Assembly: GCF_009914755.1 (NCBI RefSeq)
Contig: NC_060937.1
Reading direction: 5' to 3' (one strand)
Origin: the human T2T-CHM13v2.0 reference genome, Homo sapiens
Length of the DNA: 64,000 bases
The notes under the pieces were generated by a model. It saw only the letters and a program-made list of their open reading frames with translations. It ran no database searches and was not told the origin of the DNA. The position numbers were made by a program, and so were the translations under genes. This document shows, one piece after another, positions 42,062 through 53,994 of the stretch; positions within the stretch are counted from its first letter, which is position 1; each line of letters begins with the position of its first letter.

Positions 42062-43180
42062 TTAAGTTTTCTTAAATTTATTTCAAAGGGATTTTTTTTT
42101 AAATGCTTCCTATTACCAGAAAAAGCTATTGTGTCAAGGTATTATATAAATGATACATTTAGGATGTTGGCTTTTATAAAACCTAAATTGTGCTTTAATT
42201 TCTCATTTTGTAACTAGCACTATAATTTTTATGTAGTACTTTCCCTCCAGTATGGTAGCATGAAGATACTATATATTGCTAGTATATATTCATTAATTGA
42301 ACTTCATCTCTATCTAAAAAATTAAAGCAATTAATGGATTCGTTAAGCTTTCAGAAAATCTGAATTATTTATTCTATGTAACAATGCGTTTATGCTTCTA
42401 ATATTTTATAGTCTTTTCATTGGAACCACTAGCCTGCTGATTATAATAATAAGCAGTTTAATAGTATAGGTGATTCTAAAATTTTGTACACTGGGTACTG
42501 TTAAATAGCATTTAAAGGTGACGAGACATGTTTTATTAGGTCATTAAGGTACACCTTGGGTGAATATAGAATCATAATTTTACTTCCTAAGGCACACATT
42601 AATTAACAAATAAAACATGCCCTGGAGTGTCGTCTTATGACTGTAATATAGCTGCTATATTTTGAGTAGTTTTTTTATTTGTATCCCGCAGTGTACTCTG
42701 GGCGCAGGGGGCCACATGCTTGGACTGTAATGTAGTTATATGGTGCTACAGAACTTTATTTTCTGCTTTTATTATTTAAGTCCTTTTTCACTATAGAACT
42801 TGAAAGATTTGGTTCGCTAGCTTTGCAACAGTATTTCTTTTAGAAATAACTTGGATTTATAGTTTTCACAGAATTTTTTTGTATAGCTTTCACTTTTCCT
42901 CCTGGCTCTTTAGTTTAATGTTTTCCTATATCTTGCAATTGTATTCCTTTTTTATTGAATAACCTGAGTAATAAGAGGCATTTCCTTCTCTACTGTCTAA
43001 TAAACTGTTCCTGAGGAACTAGATATATTGCTTTGTGTACCTATTTAGAGCTGTGAGTATTCTGCTAAAGGTAAATTACAGTGAAGTGTCTAAATAGTAT
43101 TGTTAAATTAGCAATTACAATAAATTAGTTTATAAAACTCTTTCCTACCTACCATTTATCCTTTCAAAAAAGGTACGAAG

Positions 43181-43286
43181 TTTTTTTTTTTTTTTTTTTT
43201 TTCTTTTTTTAAGGCTAGTCAAATGAAGCAGTGCTGTACCTGGTTGTGATCAATTAGTTGTAAACACCACTGCACTCGGACCAGCC
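43181..43286 (-). pseudogene. Y3 RNA (RNY3) processed pseudogene lacking the pyrimidine-rich loop, with poly(A)
   Basis: Reverse complement of 43211-43286 is GGCTGGTCCGAGTGCAGTGGTGTTTACAACTAATTGATCACAACCAGGTACAG^CACTGCTTCATTTGACTAGCCTT, i.e. hY3 minus ~24 nt. 30-nt tail at 43181-43210. Confidence 0.93.
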
Positions 43287-43497
43287 TGTAGTTTTTTCCA
43301 TCACTGCAGTGTATCAGATACTGGCATATTGTTATTGCTTATGAAATAGCACATTTCATTAACATTCTTTGTGGTTTTTGTAATCTTAAGGCATTTACAC
43401 ATTTAAATTTTACAAAGTGATGACACTGATTTGGGCAGTAATTCTTTGTCATGTTTGGTGGGTTCTTTTCTAACTTAACTCCTCTTTCCATGTGTAG

Positions 43498-43627
43498 GAT
43501 TGTGGATAATATGCCTGTAACGTGGTGTTACGATGTTGAAGATGGTCAGAGGTTCTGTAATCCTGGATTTCCTATTGGCTGTTACATTACAGATAAAGGC
43601 CATGCAAAAGATGCCTGTGTTATTAGT
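43498..43627 (+). CDS. TM9SF2: TM9SF2 exon 5, 130 nt
   Basis: gtgtag|G; IVDNMPVTWCYDVEDGQRFCNPGFPIGCYITDKGHAKDACVIS; AGT|gtaagt. Confidence 0.96.
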
Positions 43628-44630
43628 GTAAGTTCATGATAAACTCTTTGCTGCTTTTTAAAACATGGCTTTTGATAGAATTCAGTCTTTACCTGGACAA
43701 AAATTGTTATATTCATTGAATGAGTGTACAGTTCAGATGTTCTGAAGTACAACTACTTCAATCTTAAACTTACAGCAGATTAATAATGTATAAGTTGAGG
43801 TTTAGAATTGGAATAATTCAGATTCAGTTCAACATTTACTGAGATTGTCTGTTGTATGTTAAATGCTATGGTAAGGTCTAGAAGTTTGTCCTAACTCTCA
43901 TAAATCTTATATATTACAAAATGTACATAGTAGAGTGTCAAAAAAGGCTTCATTATAAGTTAACTAAATTTGTATTGCAGAAGTCAGATATTATAACCTT
44001 TTTAAGACCTATGTGTCTTTGAGGCCATTATTTTATATTTAAAAATAGATTAATCAAATAGAGACATTACTATAGAAGGTAATTAGAACTAGGTGGGGAT
44101 ATATATTAAAATGAATTTTGTGTAATCAGATCAACCTGATTTAAATCTCTTAATGGATCTGATTCAGTGGAAGGTAGCATGAGTTAATCATGAAACTGAT
44201 TATATCAGTTAGTGCTTTTGTGAGTGCTGACCAGAGATACTTGAATAATTTAGGTTATGAGTTTAGTCCAAACTTATAAGCTTCCAGGCAGGAAAAGTGT
44301 TTAAATGTATAAGCATTAGTGTGCTCATAATATTTTAAATTTTATTTTGTTTCATTTTAAATGAAAGGCTAGAAAATACTAGATTAGTGTTCTTTTGAAT
44401 TGGTACTTATTAGATTTTATGTAAAAAAACTGTAAGAAGCATATACCTTCCCCAATTAATTTTTGGCTTAAAAAGAGTTTAAGTATAAAATTGAAACATG
44501 TTAATGTGAAAGGCTTAAAATTCCATTCAAACTTAAATTTTCTTACTTGTTGTAGCCCATTTTAAAGTTTTAAGTTTTGACTCTTATGTAGTCAGTTTTC
44601 TACCTTTAACTTTTAAGTTCTGTTCTGCAG

Positions 44631-44755
44631 TCAGATTTCCATGAAAGAGATACATTTTACATCTTCAACCATGTTGACATCAAAATATACTATCATGTTG
44701 TTGAAACTGGGTCCATGGGAGCAAGATTAGTGGCTGCTAAACTTGAACCGAAAAG
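44631..44755 (+). CDS. TM9SF2: TM9SF2 exon 6, 125 nt
   Basis: ctgcag|TCA; SDFHERDTFYIFNHVDIKIYYHVVETGSMGARLVAAKLEPK(S); AG|gtaatt. Confidence 0.96.
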
Positions 44756-45405
44756 GTAATTATATTAATGATAAAAAGTAAACAAGTATAAGTGAAATTT
44801 AGACCCAAAGAATAAGTATTTGGGGCTCAATTACTCCTTAATATTCTGACATTTCAGGATTGATTTCACTAAAACTCCCTTTGGCATGATTTGTTATTGT
44901 TATGGGTTGTCCAGAAAACCATACCAATAGTTATTTTCCTGTCATGATAAGCGGTCAAGCCAAGGTGCCTTAGTGTTTTGTTTTTCAGTCAGGAGGTTTT
45001 GACAGCTTTTCCACGTGTCAGTGGGGAGGGAGAAGTTGAGTGGTTGGGACAGTGGTCCCCTTCGTGGTGGAAAGAACACTGCCTCAGATAATGTGTGGCT
45101 TTCCTCTGGTCAGAGGCCCAAATGAGTGGACAAGTACTGTGATTTCTCAAGCCCCTATGCAGTGTTAGATGCCACTATGAAATACGAGCCATTGAAAGAG
45201 ATCTCTTCAACTTATTATTTTTTATCACGAACGTACATATCAGTTATTTATGAGATTTTTTTTTTAAATATTTCATTTTTTTTCACGACTTTTTCTGCCA
45301 TTGAATTAGCCTTTTTCTCATGCACTGGTGGTCAAGAAATACATGCCATAATAAGATGGCAGTTAAACTTCATCAGTATTTTTTTTTTTTAAATAAGATT
45401 ATTTA

Positions 45406-46125
45406 GCCAGGCACAGTGGCTCGCACCTGTAATCTGAACACTTTGGGAAGGCCAAGGCAGGAGGATCACTTGAGGCCAGGAGTTCAAGACCAGCCTAGGC
45501 AACATAATGAGACCCTGTCTCTACAGAAAATGAATTCGCTGGGCATGGTGGCATGTGCCTGTAGGAAGCTGAAGTGAGAGGATCACTTGAGCCCAGGAGT
45601 TCAAGACCAGCCTGGGCAACATAGTGAGACCCTGTCTCTACAGAAAATTTAAAAATTAACTGGGCACTGTGGCCCGTGCCTGTAGGAGGCTGAAGTGGGA
45701 GGATCACTTGAACCCAGGAGTTTGAAGCTGCAGTGAGCCAAGATCACACTACTGCACACCAGCCTGGGTGACAAAGCAAGACCTTGTCTCAAAAACAAAA
45801 CAAAAAACAAAAAAGGCCAGGCATGGTGGCTCATGTTGTAATCCCAGCACTTTGAGAGGCTGAGGCAGTAGGATTGCTTGAGCCCAGGAGTTCAAGACCA
45901 GCCTGGGCAACATAGCAAGACCTTGTTTCTACAAAAAATGAAAAATTAGCTGGGCGTGGGGTGTGGTGGCACACACCTGTAGTCCCATCTACTTGGGAGA
46001 CTGAGGTGGGAGGATCACTTGAGCCCAGGAGTTTGAGGCTGCATTGAACTGTGATGGCACCACCGCACTCAGGCCTGGGTAAGAGAGCAAGACCCTGTCC
46101 CAAAAAAAAAAAAGAAAAAAAAAAA
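45406..46125 (+). mobile_element. Alu composite: trimeric J-type Alu (45406-45813) followed by a second Alu (45815-46125)
   Basis: Internal ~120-bp duplication; TSD AAGATTATTTA flanks the whole block. Confidence 0.88.
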
Positions 46126-46337
46126 GATTATTTAAATGCTCTTCAAGTATAGTGTTTTCAAAAGTATGTTTATAATTTTGTACACATATGATGTAAATAT
46201 TTATGCTATTAAGTGTGACATGAATAATTTCACCTTTGTCAGCAGCATTTTAAAATACGTACAAAATCTGTAACCTTTACCTCATTTTTAAAAAGTTGTA
46301 CTTTATCAGCATCTTGCCAAAATGTTTCTTCCCACAG

Positions 46338-46449
46338 CTTCAAACATACCCATATAGATAAACCAGACTGCTCAGGGCCCCCCATGGACATAAGTAACAA
46401 GGCTTCTGGGGAGATAAAAATTGCCTATACTTACTCTGTTAGCTTCGAG
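46338..46449 (+). CDS. TM9SF2: TM9SF2 exon 7, 112 nt
   Basis: ccacag|C; FKHTHIDKPDCSGPPMDISNKASGEIKIAYTYSVSFE; GAG|gtgagt. Confidence 0.96.
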
Positions 46450-46798
46450 GTGAGTCTGTTGTTATCTTTAGTATAACTCTGAAATTGATTTTAAATTTGT
46501 ACTACTTAAACTAATTAAAATGTTACTGATTATGCTTGTCAAATAAAGAAGCTATTAATGAGCTGATTTTTAGGATAGTTTGTCGGTGTACCAAGCAACA
46601 TAATCACTCTTGTAACTGAGTCTTAGTTTAAATGAGAATATAGAGGAAGTTGAAGACTTGAGCCTGATTTAGTGTTAAGCATAAGAGATACATATAAGAC
46701 AAAAGTAGAAAACAGGCCTAGAGGACGGGATGGAAATGCCAGAGATATATTCAGAAACCATTTGGGAAATCAACACCGTACTTTAAAGGATTTAAGTG

Positions 46799-47072
46799 TG
46801 AACTTTAAATGGAGAGCTTCCAATTGGTAGATTGTCTTAGAAAATTGAAGGGAGTGTTTTCATTAACGAAGTTTCTTAAAATGCAAATTCATTGTTATGA
46901 GAATCTTAGTATTCTACCTTTATTTTTTCACCATTTTTAAAATCAAGATTTAATTATGAACTTTAAATGAAGAGTTTCCGATTGGGAGATTGTCTTAGAA
47001 AATTGAAGGGAGTATTTTTATTAGCGAAGTTTCTTAAAATGCAAGTTTATCATTAAAATGCAAGAATCTTAG
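46799..47072. repeat. Diverged ~110-bp direct repeat, period 158
   Basis: TGAACTTTAAATG.AGAG.TTCC.ATTGG.AGATTGTCTTAGAAAATTGAAGGGAGT... at 46799 and 46957. Confidence 0.88.
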
Positions 47073-47604
47073 GCAGTGTTCCAACTCTATTTTTTAAAAC
47101 TTTTGGCAATCCAATATAGTTGTGATGTTTAATATCCCTGTATAATGTTTCATTTTGCAAACCTGGTGCAGTAAATAGTATATATTTCTAGATATTAAGA
47201 GCTCAGTGTGCCTGGAATGACTGGTCTGGTTAGCTGCCCCCGGCATAAAGAAAAGAATAATTATTCCATTCCATTCCATTATTTTCTTAAAAAAAAAAAA
47301 AAAACCTACATATAGGTCTAAATGTTGACATCTAAACATCTAGTTATAATTTAAAGCAATACTTTTAGTAGGTATTACTAGGAATTCTTTTTTTTTTTTT
47401 TTTTGGTTGCATAATCTTACTCTGATTTCCCCTAGACTTTAGTAAATCTGAAACTCTCCAAATCTCAGGACTAACCAAAGTTAGATAATTTAGAAATTGC
47501 AGTTGTTGACTCAATGGAAGGACAAGCTTTGAATGGGATTTTTTTTTGTTCTTAATGTGCTGTCAGCAGATGTTTACTTAAAGAGATTTTTTAATCTCCT
47601 CTAG

Positions 47605-47684
47605 GAAGATGATAAGATCAGATGGGCGTCTAGATGGGACTATATTCTGGAGTCTATGCCTCATACCCACATTCAGTGGTTTAG
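47605..47684 (+). CDS. TM9SF2: TM9SF2 exon 8, 80 nt
   Basis: ctctag|GAA; EDDKIRWASRWDYILESMPHTHIQWF(S); AG|gtaaga. Confidence 0.97.
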
Positions 47685-48449
47685 GTAAGAGTACAGAGTT
47701 AGCCTGCTTTTGCTTTCTACTTTTCTACCCTCTGTCCCTTTGAACATCTCATTTACTCTCAAATCCTCTCTACTTTATTCAAAAGTCTGGCCTTGGGTTC
47801 AAATCCTGGCTTTCAGCCACTGATTGTGAGTCACAGCAGGTCCCTTAATTTCTCAGCGTCTGTTTCTTTATCTAGAAATACCCACCTTATGGGATTGTTG
47901 TGAGGATTAAAGGACATCATGGGACAGAATATTTGAGGACATTGTCTGGCACATAAGAGTGTTCAGAAACAGAAGCCGCTGTTGTTGCTATGACTTTATT
48001 ATTATCCCCTTCAAACATGATTCAAAACTTTTATCTAGAGTTGTTCATGTTGCCATAACTCTCCTTTTCCTATTGCTGTCTGATCTTTTTGACACTCACT
48101 AATTTACTGAGTAAAGTTGTTCTTCAGTAAATTTCTTGAGGGCACAAGCCAGTCCTTTGTTGTGGCAGTGATTTGGGCACAGTAGTTATTTCATAATATT
48201 GACCATGTACCAAAAAATTCTAGTTCTAAACAGACTATGAAACTGTATTATGATAAGTATATAATGTTATTTATCTACTGGAGGGAAACATGAAAGAACA
48301 CAGTTCATTGAATTTGTTGGATTTCAGATAGCTTTCATTTTGATTTTGATCAAGACTGTTTTAATGTTACTCAATAAACAGTTTTTAAAAGAGTTTTACT
48401 GTTCCTAGGATTAAGCTACAGATTACTCATGATGTGCTTATTTCTACAG

Positions 48450-48558
48450 CATTATGAATTCCCTGGTCATTGTTCTCTTCTTATCTGGAATGGTAGCTAT
48501 GATTATGTTACGGACACTGCACAAAGATATTGCTAGATATAATCAGATGGACTCTACG
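48450..48558 (+). CDS. TM9SF2: TM9SF2 exon 9 (first TM helix), 109 nt
   Basis: ctacag|C; IMNSLVIVLFLSGMVAMIMLRTLHKDIARYNQMDST; ACG|gtaagt. Confidence 0.97.
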
Positions 48559-48724
48559 GTAAGTGGAAACATTTTAGTCTTTAGTCTGCCAAGGACACTG
48601 TTTATTGTTATTTTGCAAAAAGGTAAAATAATAGCTTTAGAATCTGCTTTTAAAACATTCTTCAAAAAACAAAAACAAAAACAAAAAAATTCTTCTCAAA
48701 AGTTATCTTGAATTCACATTTTCA

Positions 48725-49222
<498 letters not shown>

Positions 49223-49699
49223 CTAAGCAATTTTTATTTGTGTGGTTAATTTTTTAAAATTAATCTTAACAAATTTGTATCATTTCAACCTTTTGATATA
49301 TTTAAAATAATTGCATGTTCCAGCCTCTTTAGTCTCAAACTTTTTAAGTTGCACAGTGTTACACATTTTCTACTCTTCATTTCATGGCAGCATAATAAAA
49401 GAATTTTCACAAGAATCACAGTAATTTGGAATGAATGCAAAAAACTCAGGTTTTTATTGTATTCTCTTCCCCCAGCTTCTTCAGCCTCCTGTCCCCCAAC
49501 CTCTCTGACCTGTTCTGATTGGGGAAAATATATATGAATATTCATAAGCTTTTAACGTTTGTACTCTATAGTCTCTTTCCTATGATTTTTATTGATTTTA
49601 TGTCTTATTAAATATTAAAATGATTTTAAAATACTCTGTTTATAATTGGCTGTTCCACATAATTGCTGTTAATGGAGTTTTATCTTAATTTGCACAGCG

Positions 49700-50320
49700 T
49701 TGCCATGTGGAACCAGGCCAGTGGTGACTCTGCTTCCACAACCCTGTCCTACTTCCCATCTCTTAGCACAGCAGTCAGAGTGAAACTGCTCAAACAGAAG
49801 TCAGATCATTTCACTCTTGAGCACGGCCCTCCAGGGACTTCTGTTCAGTCAGAGCAAGAGTCAGAGGCTTTACAGTGGCTTCTAAGGCCCCACGTTACCT
49901 CAGCACTCTGCTGCACCTGTGCCGGCTACCTTGCTGTTCCTCAGACCAGGCAGACATAGGTTTCCACCTCAGAGCCTTCACGAAGCTCACTGTTTTATCT
50001 GCTAAGAAGGTCTGCCCCTCATTTACATGGCTAGTTCCCTTACCTCCCTCCGATCTTTACAAAATGTGATCTTCCCATTGAACCCCTCCCAGCCATCACA
50101 TATGTTACATCCTGTCCTGCACACACCCATACATCCTGTTTTTCTGTACAGCGCTTATTACCATCTAATGTACAGTATACTTTCCTGACTTATTTTGTTT
50201 ATTGTCTGCCTTCCCAATGAGATCATGTACTCCTGAGAGTAGGAATTTTTCTGTTACACTCACTGTGGTATCTGGTGTTTTAAACAGAGCCGAGCTTATA
50301 GTTGGTGCTCAATGAATGTT
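49700..50320 (+). mobile_element. L2 3' fragment
   Basis: CACAGCAGTCAGAGTGA..AAGTCAGATCAT.TCACTC...TTGTTTATTGTCTGCCTTCCC...GGTGCTCAATGAATGTT. Confidence 0.75.
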
Positions 50321-50751
50321 TACATCCATGCTTACTGTATTAGCAAAGTAGCTAGAATATGAGAGCTAATGCCATTTGCTTATTGTGGAGATCATTAAGA
50401 GTAGGATGAAGAGGATAGAATGTGACTAAAAATCGTCATCAAGTCAGATCACAAAGCTTGACTTAGAGTAGAATTAGGTAGCAATCACATTGTCTTTGTA
50501 AAGTTTCTCAATAAGTATATTTGTAGACCTTAATGTCATAAATTTAAGAAACTGACATATAAGACAGTTCAGCAAAGCCATATTAAGCTCCATGAGTCAA
50601 GCTGTATTCTTCAAAATTGAAATAGGTACTAACATTTTTAAGTTTAAAAAAAACCTGTTTTCTGTAACAGCATATTCAACAGTGAACAAACTGTCTATAG
50701 TTGTCTTGTTGATACCATGAGACAATCGAACTGATTTCATTCCCCTTTTAG

Positions 50752-50884
50752 GAAGATGCCCAGGAAGAATTTGGCTGGAAACTTGTTCATGGTGATATAT
50801 TCCGTCCTCCAAGAAAAGGGATGCTGCTATCAGTCTTTCTAGGATCCGGGACACAGATTTTAATTATGACCTTTGTGACTCTAT
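50752..50884 (+). CDS. TM9SF2: TM9SF2 exon 10, 133 nt
   Basis: ttttag|GAA; EDAQEEFGWKLVHGDIFRPPRKGMLLSVFLGSGTQILIMTFVTL (hallmark GWKLVHGD.FRPP); T|gtaagt. Confidence 0.97.
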
Positions 50885-50958
50885 GTAAGTGTTAACTGAA
50901 AATTTTCAAGTAGAAAATACTTTCTAAATACAGTAATTGCTTAAAAACCAGTTTTTCT

Positions 50959-51249
50959 GGCCGGGCATGGTGGCTCATGCCTGTAATCCTAGCACTTTGG
51001 GAGGCCAAGGCGGGTGGATGACAAGGTCAGGAGTTTGAGACCAGACTGGCCAATATAGTGAAACCCCGTCTTTCTACTAAAAATACAAAAACTGGGCATG
51101 GTGGCAGGTGCCTGTAATCCCAGCTACTTGTGGGGCTGAGGCAGTAGCTTGAACCTGGGAGGCGGAGGTTGTAGTGAACTGAGATTGCGCCACTGCACTC
51201 CAGCCTGGGTGACAGTGCAAGACTCCATCTCAAAAAAAAAAAAAAAAAA
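50959..51249 (+). mobile_element. Alu (S-type)
   Basis: Sense dimer with poly(A). Confidence 0.93.
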
Positions 51250-52451
51250 CACCACAGTTTTTCTAAGTGGGTAGGTAAGCCAGATTATTTCTGAGCATCC
51301 TTTAGGTTCTCAAAATCTAAGTGACTTGGGGCAGGTTTAGTTGCACCCAAAGACTGACTCTTGGTTTCTCCCTTCAGCTCTTCCTAGACCAAGCCTTTGT
51401 CAGGGAGGCACTGGGCTGGAGATGAACAGGTCCTTAAGACCATCAGCATCTGAGTCTAAACAGCCCAGAACTGGGACCATTTAGGGTCTCTTTTACCCAG
51501 GCATCGTGGGCAGGCACAGTCTGGTTAGGGTTCCAGGATATTCTTGGCTTCCACGGAGGGAGGAGGGTGGGAAAAGAAGGGATGGGACAGGAAGCACTGT
51601 GTAGATCCTTCTCATCTGGGGAGGATTTGGGAAGCAGGATCTCTCTCCTCTAGGGAAAGCGAGTGTGTAGGAAAGACCTTCCTTCCTCCATAAAAAGATT
51701 CTCTCCTTTGAGCTACCTCAGCGACTTCAGAAATTGTATTTAAATTTTTGCCAACTAGGACAATTTTTTTTTTTAAATAAATGTTCCTTAGAGGTATTGA
51801 TAGCCACAGGGATTGTTCTGAAACTACCTCTGGGTATATGTTAATTCCACTGTCTTCCAGTTTCCTTAATTGGAAGATAAAAAAGGTTTATGAATAGAAT
51901 TTTCTAAATTTTACCTTTATTTAATGTATTTTACTTTATTGATGCCTGCTACTGATAAATAGCAACAAATGAATATACTGGGAGAATTCAGAAACTAACC
52001 TTTAATAATTTTTTAGTAAACATTTATTTTTTATGTTTGATTACATATTAAATACATAATACCACAGTTATTTTTGTTAGTAAAGTTGTTCCAAATTTTT
52101 ATGATAAAATTAATTATATAAATGCTTTGCAAAGAGCAGTATCATTTTCAAATGTCTGGCACTGAATAAGTTTGGGAACCAAACTCACACCTTCAGGTTC
52201 AGTTTGAAGACTGACTAGGATATCTTTTTTTTTTAATCTACTAACAACTTAAGGAGATACAATTTTGATAGGTAGAGCTAGAATTTGTAACTATATCATA
52301 CTAAAGAGAAGTTAAGTCATACTAAAGAGAATAGGTCAGGAAAAGGTGTCATAAAAAAGGTTTGGACAGAGGGTGGTAGGGTGAAGGCACTGGGTGACAG
52401 AGAGCCAAACTAGACTTAGAGCAGAATGAATGTTTGAAGATAAACTTCTGC

Positions 52452-52754
52452 TTTCTTTCTTTCTTTTTTTTTTTTGAGACGGAGCCTCGCTCTGTCACCA
52501 GGCTGGAGTTCAGTGGCGTGATCTTGGCTTACTGAAACCTCCACCTCCTAGGTCCAAGTGATTCTTCTGCCTCAGCCTCCTGAGTAGCTGGGATTACAGG
52601 CGCCTGCCACCACGCCTGGCTGATTTTTGTATTTTTGGTAGAGACACGGTTTCACCATGTTGTCCAGGATGGTCTCAATCTCTCAACCTCGTGATCCGCC
52701 CGCCTCGGCCTCCCAAAGTGCTGGGGTTACAGGCGTGAGCTACCACACCCAGCC
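52452..52754 (-). mobile_element. Alu (S-type)
   Basis: Antisense dimer, TSD AACT(T/C)CTGCTTTC. Confidence 0.93.
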
Positions 52755-53874
52755 AACTCCTGCTTTCAAATCTTATTAGGAGCTGTCTTCTGCGATGCTC
52801 TGGTTTTTATTGCGGTCAGCTAGAAAAGTGAACTTTTAAGGAAGGAAAGTTTCAGAGAGTCTAGGATAGAATACGATGGGAATAATTTTCCTTAAGTCCT
52901 CAAATAGGAACTTTCTGCCGAAGGGCAGTCCATTTTTCAGGTCGAGGAGGAGAAAGGGGTTGCATTTTAGCTGAAATCTTGTACATCTTCTAAAGCTACC
53001 CTGATGTGTTTCCTGCTCATCATGACTCTGGTGCTTGTCAGAGGTGTGTGCGCGTGCTTGCTCACATACGTGCTTGGTCATGCACGTTTTAGGGGAAACA
53101 ATAGGGGGGGAAACAATGGGGATTTTCTTGCTGAGCCTCCTGAAACTCAGTTCTCAGCAGTATCCTACTCACCTTGGGATTCTGAGCACCTTATAACTTC
53201 TGAGCCCCAGCTTAAAGCTGGGAATTTCTATGAATATAATATAGCATTTTAATTCTCATTAGTAGGAAGGCTTACATAGGGAAGAGCAAACAAAGCTAAC
53301 CACGTGAATAAGGTAGGGCCAGGGTTTCCCCGTATTGCTGACAAGGTCCTTCAGTAATTTGTGAAAAGCTAATGGCCGTATGAAATCTTTCTCCCTCATT
53401 TTGTTCTTTCATTAGATTATATATGTCTCTTCTGTTTGAATGTTGTAAGGTTTTGGGTTTTTTTTTTTTTACCCCCAGAGGACCCCCATATTTTTTAATG
53501 AAAGAACAGTGGGAATATTTTGTAGTGGAAACATTTTCACTTATGTCAATTTTAAAGGCTGTACTTGAATCTCAGAAGAGTCAAATGCACTCTTGAGCAT
53601 CCAGTCAGCCTCCCCTGATCACAGGAAGGATGTGATCTCTCATTCTGGACTCTGAGAAGAAACTTCCAAAGTGAAGTTTGCCTCATGTATGATCAGATTG
53701 GTGCAGTACAGTAAATATTACTAAGATTGTGTAGAGCTGCATGGTAGGAGAGCACATGGTTTTGCGTGAAGTTGTATTTTTTTCTTGTTTGAAAAATGAG
53801 AGGGTTTCTCTATCATTTCACAGCAAAGGAAACAGAGTAATAACATGTACAGCCTTTCATGATTTGTGTTTTAG

Positions 53875-53994
53875 TTTTCGCTTGCCTGGGATTTTTGTCA
53901 CCTGCCAACCGAGGAGCGCTGATGACGTGTGCTGTGGTCCTGTGGGTGCTGCTGGGCACCCCTGCAGGCTATGTTGCTGCCAGATTCTATAAGT
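53875..53994 (+). CDS. TM9SF2: TM9SF2 exon 11, 120 nt
   Basis: ttttag|TT; FACLGFLSPANRGALMTCAVVLWVLLGTPAGYVAARFYK; T|gtaagt. Confidence 0.97.
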
